DNA from: Octopus sinensis
Lineage: Eukaryota
Length of the DNA stretch: 64,000 nucleotides
Reading direction: 5' to 3'
NCBI RefSeq assembly: GCF_006345805.1
Contig: NC_043001.1
Location: 51,646,001 to 51,710,000, forward strand
Under the pieces are notes generated by a model, which saw nothing but the letters and a program-made list of their open reading frames with translations, did not search any database and was not told the DNA's origin. Shown piece after piece: positions 1 to 12,034 of the stretch. The position numbers were made by a program, and so were the translations under genes. The stretch's first letter is position 1, and every line of letters begins with the position of its first letter.

Positions 1-1800
1 TGGCTTCGAATTGGTAGACACACACTTTATTCTTTTGACTCGGCCCCCTCCGACTATCACCTCTTTCCACAACAAAGGAAAATACGCGACTTGGCTTCGA
101 ATTGGTAGACACACACTTTATTCTTTTGACTCGGCCCCTCCGACTATCATCTCTTTCCACAACAAAGGAAAATACGCGACTTTGGCTTCGAATTGGTAGA
201 CACACACTTTATTCTTTTGACTCGGCCCCCTCCGACTATCACCTCTTTCCACAACAAAGGAAAATACGCGACTTTGGCTTCGAATTGGTAGACACACACT
301 TTATTCTTTTGACTCGGCCCCCTCCGACTATCATCTCTTTCCACAACAAGGAAAATACGCGACTTTGGCTTCGAATTGGTAGACACACACTTTATTCTTT
401 GACTCGGCCCCTCCGACTATCACCTCTTTCCACAACAAAGGAAAATACGCGACTTTGGCTTCGAATTGGTAGACACACACTTTATTCTTTTGACTCGGCC
501 CCCTCCGACTATCATCTCTTTCCACAACAAAGGAAAATACGCGACTTTGGCTTCGAATTGGTAGACACACACTTTATTCTTTTGACTCGGCCCCCTCCGA
601 CTATCACCTCTTTCCACAACAAAGGAAAATACGCGACTTTGGCTTCGAATTGGTAGACACACACTTTATTCTTTTGACTCGGCCCCCTCCGACTATCACC
701 TCTTTCCACAACAAAGGAAAATACGCGACTTTGGCTTCGAATGGTAGAACACACTTATTTTCTTTGACTCGGCCCCCTCCGACTATCACCTCTTTCCACA
801 ACAAAGGAATACGCGACTTTGGCTTCGAATTGGTAGACACACACTTTATTCTTTGACTCGGCCCCTCCGACTATCACCTCTTTCCACAACAAAGGAAAAT
901 ACGCGACTTTGGCTTCGAATTGGTAGACACACACTTTATTCTTTTGACTCGGCCCCTCCGACTATCACCTCTTTCCACAACAAAGGAAAATACGCGACTT
1001 TGGCTTCGAATTGGTAGACACACACTTTATTCTTTTGACTCGGCCCCCTCCGACTATCACTCTTTCCACAACAAAGGAAAATACGCGACTTGGCTTCGAA
1101 TTGGTAGACACACACTTTATTCTTTTGACTCGGCCCCCTCCGACTATCATCTCTTTCCACAACAAAGGAAAATACGCGACTTTGCTTCGAATTGGTAGAC
1201 ACACACTTTATTCTTTGACTCGACCCCCTCCGACTATCATCTCTTTCCACAACAAAGGAAAATACGCGACTTTGGCTTCGAATTGGTAGACACACACTTT
1301 ATTCTTTTGACTCGGCCCCCTCCGACTATCACCTCTTTCACAACAAAGGAAAATACGCGACTTTGGCTTCGAATTGGTAGACACACACTTTATTCTTTGA
1401 CTCGACCCCCTCCGACTATCACCTCTTTCCACAACAAAGGAAAATACGCGACTTTGGCTTCGAATTGGTAGACACACACTTATTCTTTTGACTCGGCCCC
1501 CTCCGACTATCATCTCTTTCCACAACAAGGAAAATACGCGACTTTGGCTTCGAATTGGTAGACACACACTTTATTCTTTTGACTCGGCCCCTCCGACTAT
1601 CATCTCTTTCCACAACAAAGGAAAATACGCGACTTTGGCTTCGAATTGGTAGACACACACTTTATTCTTTTGACTCGGCCCCCTCCGACTATCATCTCTT
1701 TCCACAACAAAGGAAAATACGCGACTTTGGCTTCGAATTGGTAGACACACACTTTATTCTTTTGACTCGGCCCCCTCCGACTATCACCTATTTCCACAAC
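1..1800 (+). repeat. 92-bp tandem satellite, ~20 units, derived from mariner transposase coding sequence; runs off the window start
   Basis: The unit tggcttcgaattggtagacacacactttattcttttgactcggccccctccgactatca(c/t)ctctttccacaacaaaggaaaatacgcgactt recurs every 91-92 bp. It translates as KIRDFGFELVD..YSFDSAPSDYHLFPQ. Confidence 0.95.
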
Positions 1801-1967
1801 TAAAGAAAAATTCAAGGGAACGAAATTTCGCTCCGATTCGGAAGTGATCGCTGCTACAGAGGCCTAGTTGGAGGCCCAACCTTCCGAGTTCTTTTTACAG
1901 AGCTTAGAAAAAACTGAAGGCCCACTGCAATAAGTGTGTGAATCTCAGTGAGGAATATGTTGAATAA
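1755..1967 (+). mobile_element. mariner transposase C-terminal remnant, continuous with the last satellite unit
   Basis: With two frameshifts and one stop it reads YSFDSAPSDYHLFPQLKK.FKGTKFRSDSEVIAATEA*LEAQPSEFFLQSLEK.KAHCNKCVNLSEEYVE*, matching the typical mariner C-terminus. Confidence 0.9.
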
Positions 1968-2449
1968 AGATATATGACCTGGAGGAGCAGTAATAATACC
2001 TGTCAGGGTCTTAATTAGCTTGTCATGGACTTGTCTCCTGAAGCAGCTCACTCACAGATACCGCAACGAACCCAGGGATGGTAAGGCCCCTCAGTTGTGC
2101 ATCAAAGAGAAGGTAATTGCATATAAATCCTATACCCTTACAACTATAGCGCTCATAGCACACGCTGCACCAAATCAATACAAATTTGAAGGGTGGGAGA
2201 ACGGGATTGACTCCGCACAATAATATTCATCATGTAGATTGTTCAGCAAACCAAGTTGCCAGCAACGACTCCATCACACTTTTGTCATAAATCCAGTGGT
2301 GAAAGGAAAAGAAGAGACGAAGACAGGTAGAGGATGTTACTGAAAGTTTTCTGCTTTGACCCTGAGTACAGGCGGCCATAAAGTGGTGGTTGATTTTCAG
2401 CTATATCTTGTTGACCCTCATTCGTCGAAGTGACGAGCGAGTTCGTTCC

Positions 2450-2680
2450 GTCTGCAATCTTTTCAACATCGGGAAAAACCAGCTTAGAGGTTCGTGGAGA
2501 CTTTAAGAGGCATTTGACTTGGAAACGGATTTCCTGTCCCTCGGCATTTCTGCTGTGCCAACTAACCCACCTAACATCTTAGACGTAGCAACCAGCGTTG
2601 AGCACCCCACCACTCGCCTCCAGAAGGAACTGGAACTTATTTTCTCTCCTCCACAACTCTTCGCCCCCTGCCGGTTCTAG
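2450..2680 (+). mobile_element. probable decayed Penelope-like GIY-YIG endonuclease fragment
   Basis: Broken frames give RFVETLRGI*LGNGFPVPRHF and RLQKELELIFS, resembling the PLE GIY-YIG C-terminal half. Heavily decayed. Confidence 0.4.
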
Positions 2681-2898
2681 ATGACCCACTCACACTCTCC
2701 CGACCACCCCATCACTCCACGACCCCTATTTACCTTCAATACACCTATACCTCTTCACCAACACTCAACCCTTCCGCCACTCTGCACCCTTTCACTACTC
2801 TCACCTACACAAACGCACACACACCACGACTCCTCCAACTTGGTTACCCCCTCACATTGCACGTACTCCTGCACGTTCACATATTTACATACCCTCTT

Positions 2899-2931
2899 AA
2901 AGAAAGAAAGAAAGAAATTAAGAAAGAAAAA

Positions 2932-2963
<32 letters not shown>

Positions 2964-2982
2964 ACGAATGAATGAATGAAAG
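2899..2982. repeat. (GAAA)n/(GAAT)n microsatellite
   Basis: Directly visible. Confidence 0.9.
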
Positions 2983-3211
2983 AAGAACGCATTCGTGAAA
3001 TACAACCAAATTCCAATTTAACTGACCAACAATGAGCATCCAACCAATACGACTGACCTGTATGCATGAAAAAATTATAACAATGAAAGCTATGCGCCGA
3101 CCAACAACCTCGCCAAAAGCCAGATGCAGTGGAACAATATAACAGGTCACTGTTGATGCGGCGAAAATTTTGATATCATATAATAAATGTTTAAGAGAAA
3201 TTAACAGCGTT

Positions 3212-3230
3212 TGTGTGTGTGTGTGTGTGT

Positions 3231-3272
<42 letters not shown>
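3212..3272. repeat. (GT)n microsatellite
   Basis: Directly visible; another tract at 3739-3779. Confidence 0.95.
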
Positions 3273-3278
<6 letters not shown>

Positions 3279-3559
3279 TTACGCTCTGATTTGAAATGCC
3301 ACCGATGTCTACTTAATTTTCATCATCTTTTTGGGGTCGTTAAACTAACTACCAGTTATAGACTACGATGTAATAGACTTACCTGCATCCCCAGAAATTG
3401 TTAGGCATGTGTCAAAATTTGAAACCAATATGTCTTCCATGCGTGGCTGTGTGGTAAGTTCAATCCCATCTCTGCGTAGCAATTTGAGCCAACTAAAGTC
3501 TTGCGAATGGATTTATCAGTTCATCATGTTGAACCGTTAATCCCAACACATCTTTCCCT

Positions 3560-3735
3560 CTCACTCCGTTTCTTTTTTCTGTTCTCTCTCTGTTTTTTTC
3601 CTCTTAGTCCTTTGGTGTCGAAGAGCGAAGGCTCGAAACGTCAAAGACTTTTCCATTCTTCCCGAGCATTAAACTAATAAACCTACTTGTTGTTCCTGGG
3701 CCTGTTTTCCTCTTTGGCTTTCTGTAAATTTTAAC
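3560..3735 (+). mobile_element. PLE terminal-repeat-like fragment with a decayed hammerhead-like motif (3606-3649)
   Basis: gagc-gaag-gctc hairpin followed by GAAACGTC and flanked by agtc(c)ttt/aaagact. A related tail occurs in reverse at ~7082-7140. Confidence 0.4.
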
Positions 3736-3736
3736 A

Positions 3737-3781
<45 letters not shown>

Positions 3782-3899
3782 TTGGTCCTCCACTACCGCT
3801 TGAAAACTGGTGCTGGTGAGTTTGCATTTACGTAACTTAACCAAAAACAATAGATCGTCTCCTTTTTCTGTTTTCGTTCAGGCATTGTGCCTTTTATGA

Positions 3900-4105
3900 C
3901 TACATTTTTTATCTTTTTATCTTTTACATGCCTCAGTCATTACGCGGCAGCGATGCTGGAGCAGTACCGTGAAGGGGTTTAGTCAGACGAATCGACACCG
4001 GGTCTTATTTTTTTCTAGCATATACTTATTCGATCGATTTCTTTTGCCGGTTGCTGGACCGCTAACTAATGGGGACAACACCAATTGTCAAGCAGTGATG
4101 GTGAG
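3900..4105 (-). mobile_element. decayed SINE (family B) 3' portion
   Basis: cagtcatt..gcggc..atgctggagca..gtcagacgaatcgac..tacttattc..ttgtcaagcagtg matches the tails of full copies at 49.3, 55.4 and 63.6 kb. Confidence 0.7.
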
Positions 4106-4279
4106 GAAGCATACTCACACGCGCACACACACACACATAGGTACACACAAATACACACATATATAACACATAGCATAATTATAAACAGGGCAAATTTTAG
4201 TAATTTCTCTACAGACTGAAAAAAATGATGAACAACCATAATCGATTTTCGGACCTAATTGGGTTCCCAGCAGAGGCGT

Positions 4280-4280
<1 letters not shown>

Positions 4281-4320
<40 letters not shown>

Positions 4321-4393
4321 TACATACATACATACATACATACATACATACATACATACATACATACATACATACATACATACATACATACAT
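4281..4393. repeat. (CA)n(CATA)n compound microsatellite
   Basis: Directly visible; abuts the LINE 5' end. Confidence 0.95.
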
Positions 4394-6160
4394 GTGCAGA
4401 AATCATTGCTGGATGCTTTGCCGGCATCTTTACTGTCGAAGACCAAAATGTTCCATCTTCATCACCACTGACATCGGACTCTATATCTACTATGCAATTT
4501 ACACCAGCAATGCTGCAACGCCACCTTAAGAATAAATGCAATAATGCCTCTCCTGGTCTCGATGGTGCTACATACCTACTTCTCAAATGCGGTGGGTACT
4601 TTCTTCTAAGCCAACTTTCTGTATTCTTCCAATTCTGTCTTGACAATGGTGTTACTCCAGAACAGTGGAAAACTGCCAGTGTCATCCCTCTGTTCAAAAA
4701 AGGCGACCGCACATCGCCTGTCAACTATCGCCCCGTCAGTCTTACTAGCTGCATCGCCAAACTGGTGGAATCCTGTATCAGAGAAACCCTCTGGAACTTC
4801 TGGAAGTCTCACAGCCTCATCCAGCCGTCACAATTCGGATTTATTCATAACTCCAGCTGCTGTAATCAACTCATCGAGTTTCTTGAGGACGTTACCCAAA
4901 TCACTGATCGCGGATCCTGGGTGGATGTTTTTTACCTGGACTTTGCTAAGGCTTTTAACTCTGTGCCACACAAAAGACTTATGGTGAAGCTTTCTGCGTT
5001 GGGTGTAAGAGACGAACTTTTTGAAGTCCTTTATTTTCAGCCGAAAAGAGGTTGTCACAGTTCTAGGACAGCACTCTTCGCCCTATGAGATGATATCTGG
5101 TGTACCACAGGGATCTGTTCTTGGCCCCCTTTTATTTGTTGCATATGTTAATGACATAGATGCCAACTTGAAGAATGCCACAGTGCTGTAATATGCAGAT
5201 GACATCAAGCTGTACCTCGAAATAAAGAGGTCAAATCCTGTACACTATAGATCTCTATTGCAAGCAGACCTGGACACAATGCAGCAGTGGATCATGGACT
5301 GGCAACTCAAGCTGGCTGTGGACAAATGTACCACCATGCATTTTGGGAGGAGAAACCCAGCGTCCACCTACTCTCTCCACAACACTAGTCTCAAAAAGTC
5401 TTCATGTGAACGTGACCTGGGTGTTATTGTCGACAGTGATTTGCGTTGGACAAAACACATCGCTAAAATTGTCAAGAAGGCTGAGGGTGTCTTGGCATCA
5501 CTCACCAAATCCTTTGTGAGCCGCTCTCCGGCTATCTATCTGCGGCTTTATATAGCTATGGTAAGACCTCACCTGGAATTTGTATCACCGGTCTGGAACC
5601 CCTATCTTGCCCAGGATATCAATCGTCTGGAAGCTGTTCAGCGACGTGCAACCAAAAGAATACCCTCCATCAGGCATTTGCCATATCCTGAACGCCTTAC
5701 TTCCCTGGGCATGGACACTTGAAACTCCGACGTCTGGCAGCTGACTTGGCAGACACCCATAAAATTATCAACCATCGTACAAACAACAACTCTGAGCACC
5801 TTTTCAAACTCCACCCACCTAACACCCGTGGACATATTTACAAAGTAAGAAAACAGCACAGCTCCCATGACTTCAGGAAACATTTTTTCACGCTGAGAGT
5901 TGCTGAAGCATGGAACAAACTGCCGGCATCAGTTGTTAGTTGTCGGAGCACTGCATCCTTCAAAACTTCCATGCTTCCTGAGATTCGCCAACACTACACT
6001 TGATCTTCTCCCCTCCATACACACAAGCATGTATCTGACTCATACATTGTTCGCTTTCCAGACGTTTCTACATTACTGCATGTACTTTATATGCACTTTC
6101 TGACAAGTTGTGGTGCACCTGAGCACTGTATACAATAATTTCATTATATTATTATATTAT
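4394..6160 (+). mobile_element. 5'-truncated CR1-type non-LTR retrotransposon (RT region to 3' UTR), disrupted
   Basis: Motifs PGLDG, WKTASVIPLFKKGDRTSPVNYRPVSLTS, QFGF, VDVFYLDFAKAFNSVPHKRL, GVPQGSVLGP, YADD (in a broken frame), ERDLGVIVD, LYIAMVRPHLEF..VWNP, FFTLRVAEAWNKLP. Short AT-rich tail. Confidence 0.93.
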
Positions 6161-6174
6161 ACATACATACATAC

Positions 6175-6261
<87 letters not shown>

Positions 6262-6266
<5 letters not shown>

Positions 6267-6402
6267 TGATGGAGGGTATTCTTTGGTTGCACGTCGCTGA
6301 ACAGCTTCCAGACGATGATATCCTGGCAAGATAGGGGTTCCAGACCGGTGATGCAAATTCCAGGTGAGGTCTTACCATAGCTATATAAAGCCGCAGATAG
6401 AT
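6262..6402 (-). mobile_element. inverted ~140-bp copy of the LINE segment 5534-5678, embedded in (TA)n
   Basis: The reverse complement matches 5534-5678 except one substitution and three 1-bp deletions. Confidence 0.9.
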
Positions 6403-6443
6403 ATATATATATGTATGTATATATATATGTATATATATGTATG

Positions 6444-6511
6444 TATAAATTTATAAATAAGGATAATATCGATATTTAAGTATCGATATTATCCTTATTT
6501 ATAAATTTATA
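6444..6511. repeat. 68-bp palindrome (31-bp perfect arms, tttaag spacer)
   Basis: tataaatttataaataaggataatatcgata / tatcgatattatccttatttataaatttata are exact reverse complements. Confidence 0.95.
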
Positions 6512-7020
6512 TAATTCGTCACTATATTCACTGCGGTGTTTATTTTGACCATATCGTGCTTATGAGGTGTTTTGGCGGGCAATTTAACTGGCCTTGTGCA
6601 TACGTGCATATATATGTATGTATGGACGTTCGTGTATGTAAGTATAACGTTTGTTCTGCATATATGTATCTGTATTTATGTACTTTTGATATATTCAACC
6701 GATGACGGTAAAGCTTATTTAAAGCAAAACCAGAAATCCTGGATCTTGAATTATTCAATAATATTTTTTGCTAGTCTATTTTGTCCCTCTGTCTTATCTC
6801 ATGGTACGATATGAACATTTAACGTGGTTTTTAAAGTCAGGGTTTTGATTGCTATTTCGGCATAAAAAATATATATGACTGGTTTATACTTTAAGGATTA
6901 CGGTTGGACATTTATTTTCAGTCAGTACAATTGTTTCTACGACGGGCTTTATGCTATGGATGAGTTTTATGCTGTACTCTACTACGTTCTTAACAAAATA
7001 TGGTATAACTATATATATAT

Positions 7021-7081
<61 letters not shown>

Positions 7082-7190
7082 CGGGAAGCTTTATGAAAAT
7101 AGACAAAAGACGAAGGCAGGTTTACGGAAATAAACAAAAATACATACATACATACATACATACATACATACACGTGTGTGTGTGTGTGTG

Positions 7191-7527
7191 TGAAGGCGCA
7201 TGGCTCAGTGTTTAGAGCGTCGAGCTTACAATCGTGAGGTTGTGAGCTCGAATCCCGGACCGGGTTGCGTGCTGTGTTCTTGAGCAAGACACTTTATCTC
7301 GCGTTGCTCCAGTTCACTCAGCTGTAAAAATGAGTTGCGACGTCACAGGTGCCAAGCTGTATCAGCCTTTGCCTTTCCCCTGGATAACACTGTTGGCGTG
7401 GAAAGGGGAGACCGGTATGCATGGGTGATTGCTGGTCTTCCATAAACAACCTAGCCCGGACTTGTGCCTGGGGGGGTAACTTTCTAGGTGCAATCCCACG
7501 GTCAGTCATGACCGAAGGGGGTCTCAG
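7191..7527 (+). mobile_element. tRNA-headed SINE (family A)
   Basis: A-box-like TGGCTCAGTG, B-box-like GCTCGAATCCC, central tgttcttgagcaagacactt block. Homologous copy at 14705-14985; related reverse copies at ~35770-35982 and ~47250-47560. Confidence 0.85.
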
Positions 7528-8784
7528 ATATATATATATATATATTTAAAAATGTAAAAATGTAGAGGTAACACAGGAGAAAGTAGGTATTTATATATAA
7601 CTATACATATGAACTGAACTCCGAACTTCTAATTATACAACTCCACCTGTGCCTATAATCCAACAATCCTTGTTACGTTTTATTTTTTCATAATGCTTTC
7701 AATAGGATTTCACTACTATTTCCAAAATGCCGAGTAACCACTTGAGTACTGCTTCTTTAGTTCAGCTCGAAGAATATGCAGCACACCACTGATAAAAACT
7801 ATTCTTTCTATAGTTTACAGTATTAAATTAAATTCCTCAAATAGGTAGTGTTTGGAGGGGAACCTAAGTACTCTGTCGGTCGTCATTTCATATATGCTAT
7901 AGATTACATGATTCTGAGGAACAAGCCATTACTTGACTTTCCTGCAACTAATACATGAAATTACGAGTTGCGCCACAAGGGACATAACTCCTACGATTAA
8001 GTATGAAGAGTTATGTTTCTTGTTTAGCAAGGAATGCAATATTTATTTGTTTTTAGGTCACACCCTTGATTTAGCGTTAAATCTTGGTGCAAAATGTTTT
8101 CCATTTATAGTTTTCGCTCTGTCATACGTATAAGTTACAATAAAACAAATCTAACTTATACACGAGTAAATACGATAGCTCCTCTAATGGTTTCTAATTT
8201 CGATATCAACTTTCGAGTTTTTCTGGAGTGATACTTTATTTTACCAACCTCAGTGGAATGAAAAACAAAGTTAACCTCGGCAGGAATTGAACTCAAAACA
8301 TAAAAGAGCCAAAACGACGCTCTAACCATTCTGAAGGTTCACACACACACACATACACACATTTATATATAAAATTTTATTTGTTTCAGTCATTACGCTG
8401 CGGTCATGTTGAAGCATCGCAATGAAGACATTTTAGTCGAACAAATCGACTCCAGATATTAAAATGTTTCTAAAATTTTATCTTTTCCTTTACCGAACCG
8501 CCTAGTTGCGGGAACGTAAACAAACCAGCACCGGTTGTCAAGCAGTGATGGGATACAAACACAGGTACATGGAGACACAAACACATGTGTGTTTGTGTGT
8601 GTGTATTTATCATCTTGCCTATAATAAAATGTAATGTGTCAAGTCGGTTACGCTGGGGGAAAGGTAAAACAACAAATGGAATGGGAGTGAGTGACAGCCT
8701 CAGAGACGTTAAATGCAAGTAACAAAGCTTTCCTCTGGTGTAAATAGCTGGTATTTCAATCAAAATTAAATTGCAAATTGTATT

Positions 8785-9260
8785 TACGAGGGGTTTTCAT
8801 TAAAGATTTCCCCTGACCCACTTCCCAAAGACTGGGATAAACGAAACTTGGCATTATTATAAGTCCTTCTCTACATAGCCCCCGCCATTGGTGAGTCACT
8901 TCTCCAATCGCTTTATGCATCTGTGAAGACCCCGTCGGTAGAAGTGGGCAGGTTACGTCTGGAGCCATCACTTTACTTCGGAAATACGTTCATCAGCATT
9001 TGAAAAGTGTTTCTCCTTCAAGAAAGAGTTGATTGAAAAGAAATTAAAATCAAATGGTGCAAGGTCGGGAGAGAAAGGGGTACGAGGAAATGTTTCAGCC
9101 GAAGGAGTGTGCTTCCATTTGGGTAACATGTGCATTGTGAACTGGGGTGTAGTCTTGGAGAAGAAGGACTCCTTTGGGCAGTATGTCACGCCTCTCTGCT
9201 TTGATGGCATCCTGCAATTTCTGCAGCAGAGAAGCAGAAAATGAAGGGTAACGATACATA
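8785..9260 (-). mobile_element. mariner 3' remnant with terminal inverted repeat
   Basis: Reverse frames give TPFSPDLAPFDFNFF..FLKEKHFSNADE and ..GGGYVEK. A TA-CGAGGGG TIR-like end is at 8785. Confidence 0.8.
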
Positions 9261-9329
9261 TTAAGCATACATTGAGTGTATATTTAACAGAAAACCATAA
9301 AATATTATAACATTTATTGATATAATGAT

Positions 9330-10180
9330 TTATTTAGCCACATGAGTGCCATTTCGACGGATAACTTTAAAAACCCTATTAGTCATGGAATCGGTTACTT
9401 TCTTTATAGTTGCAGGTTGGACTGCCTCTGCTGCAGCTTTGATGGTCGCCCATAAGAAATCTTTCGATGTAAATTGGCGTCCAGCGGCATAAACATCTTG
9501 TTTATTGATGGACCAAATATTTTCGATAGGGTTGAGATCCGGAGATACTAGCGGCTACACCATCAACCTTGTATACCGAAAGACCCTAGTAATGTTTGGG
9601 TGGTCCTAGCAGAGTGGGAGGGAGCGTTGTCAGCGGCATGTCTTCTAGCCAAGTATCCAAGACCTCGTTCAAGAGATTGCAGTAGGTAGCTGCGGTCACT
9701 TTAACCCCTTTAAGCACCCTGATTGGGTGAACAAGTCTATCTCCAATGATACTAGCCCATAACATAACTCCTCCACTCTGTTGTTGACGTCGTAAACGTT
9801 GGTGACGCTCATCTCCAAAACAGACCCAACCATTTGCCCAACTGTCAAGGGTCGCCCTGGTTTCGTCAGTGAACAGAACACAACTCATGTTTAACGTCAT
9901 GTACTTTTGGGCCCATTGAAGCCTCAAACTCCCGTGACGAGGCGTTAACGGAAGCGTCCCATTGTTCTAAGAGAGGAGAGACGCTATTTAGCGTGGTTCG
10001 CCCAAGAACTGGAGGATCTGAAATAAAAAAGAAAGGACGTTACACAGAATAATGGAAACATAACAATGGTGTTGCCATAGTGTGTAGACCAGTTAGGAAA
10101 AGTTTTATCAAAATCGATTCACAGAAATCCGAGAAATCTTATATTTCACTCCTAAACTATTAGCGTGGTTCTGGGTGTAT
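9330..10180 (-). mobile_element. Tc1-like (DD34E) transposase remnant
   Basis: RLQWAQKY..VLFTDETR..GGVMLWASI..TYCNLL, then SPDLNPIENIWSIIKQDVY in a shifted frame. Confidence 0.85.
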
Positions 10181-10369
10181 ATATTGAAATTAAATATTAA
10201 ACACTTTTGTTTTCAAAATATTTCGTTTCCAAATAAAGAATAACATATTTTACTGATATCATCGAACTTAGAAATGTAACAATACATGCACACACGCACA
10301 CACACATATGTATATGTATGCACATGCATAGGTGTATATAAATATGGCATTCCTACACATGTGTGTCCC

Positions 10370-10870
10370 CCACCGACTTTGTTTCCTCATAACTTTCAGG
10401 AAAATAGGTATTTTTAAATGATATTTTCTACAAATACGCTTTGCATGGTGAGGATTCTAATTATATCGAAATTTGTAGAGGAAAATACATTCTTGTTGGA
10501 GGGAGGAGGAGTTTCGGAAAGTTCACACAAGTTGGCTTTGTTTACTCATAGCTTTCAGAAAAATAGGTAGCTTGTAACGAAATTTTCCACAAATACTTTT
10601 CAGTGCACGTAAATTGTGATTATATAGAATCTGATGTGAAAGGAAAATAGTGAGCACATACACATACATACAAACACATCATAATTTTTTTCCTCATTTC
10701 AAGTTACATTTTGTAGATATATGTGTTGTATGTCAGTATGCATGTGTATAAGCCAACCATTTCCTTTTTTATATTAAATTCCAATATAATTTGTAATCTA
10801 CATACTCTGAAAGGTATTTACAGAAAATTTCATTAAAAACTACTCATTTTTCTGAAAGTTATGAGCATAG
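10370..10870. mobile_element. possible non-autonomous DNA element with sub-terminal repeats
   Basis: The motif tcata(a/g)ctttcag(g/a)aaaat occurs at ~10387 and ~10546, and inverted at ~10842-10865. Family not identified. Confidence 0.3.
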
Positions 10871-11054
10871 AAAGCCGTCTCGTGTGAGTTTTCCTCACTT
10901 CAGCCTTGCAAAAGATTTTCATTTGATATTGCGATATAAACAGAATCTACACTATCTGAAACGTACGTGTAGAAACTTTCATTAAAAATTATCCATATGT
11001 CTGGAGATTATGCGGCAACAAGCCCAAGAGGGAACATATGTTGGAATGCTTATG

Positions 11055-11175
11055 TGTGTATGTATGTATGTATGTATGTATGTATGTATGTATGTATGTA
11101 TGTATGTATGTATGTATGTATGTATGTATGTATGTATGTATGTATGTATGTATGTATGTATGTATGTATGTATGT
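11055..11175. repeat. (TATG)n microsatellite
   Basis: Directly visible; another tract at 16727-16811. Confidence 0.95.
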
Positions 11176-11233
11176 ATATATACGTATCAAGAACAATCTT
11201 ACTTAGAAATAGATGCGTGCGTTCCGTCATATA

Positions 11234-11541
11234 ATAAATTAATAAATAAAACAAATGCATATATACATACATATATGTACGTACCTACCTCTACATGTAT
11301 ATATACACGCATATATGAGTACATGATACCAAAAAACGTCGAACACAATGAGAAACGAAAACATAAACACAAAACCAAGGAACTGGACATTTTTCTTGGT
11401 TTTGTGTTTATGTTTTCGTTTCTCATTGTGTTCGACGTTTTTTTGGTGTCCTGTACCCATATATGCGTGTATATATACATGTAGAGGTAGGTACGTACAT
11501 ATATGTATGTATATATGCATATGTTTTATTTATTAATTTAT
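11234..11541. repeat. ~308-bp near-perfect palindrome (fold-back)
   Basis: Arms of ~145 bp of mostly non-simple sequence, only a few mismatches, imperfect centre at ~11380-11394. Confidence 0.93.
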
Positions 11542-12034
11542 ATATATATACATACATACATAAGTATGTTTTGTAGTACACTTATTCCAAGAACATATAC
11601 TTAAATTTTATGTATATTCTATGTAAAGTGGATGTATTTGAACTTTCAAAGGGGCTCTGTCCCATGTTATAAATCCCCATTAGTGGGGTTAAATGATGTT
11701 GTAAGATGGTGAAAATTTGGATATCGTCTTTATTTAGTACCTAGTAGTTATGTTGTTATTTTCATTGAAATCGGAGGTATTTGAAATTTCAGAAGCGGAG
11801 TTTGCCCCCCCCTTTAAGCCCCCTAATCGCAATCGAAAGTAAATTTTATGTAGCTCATCGTCTTTCTCGTAAATGGGTGAGTGTGTACGTATGTAAACGT
11901 TATGAACGCAGGAGGTTTTATGTCTATGTTTTGTGAGAATATTGTATTTTTTCTCTTTTCTCTTTTTTCTCTTTTCTTTTCTACCTATTAGAGTAACTTC
12001 CCTTTTATTCAACGGTTTTTATAGCGTCTATTGC

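Noticed and set aside
1-1800. CRISPR-like regular array, and the many short ORFs over it
   Set aside because: Units are near-identical end to end with no unique spacers, in a eukaryotic context. The ORFs are shifting frames of a 92-bp repeat.
7191-7270. tRNA gene
   Set aside because: A and B boxes are present but continue into a repeated SINE body, with no full cloverleaf or terminator. The same applies to the other SINE heads.
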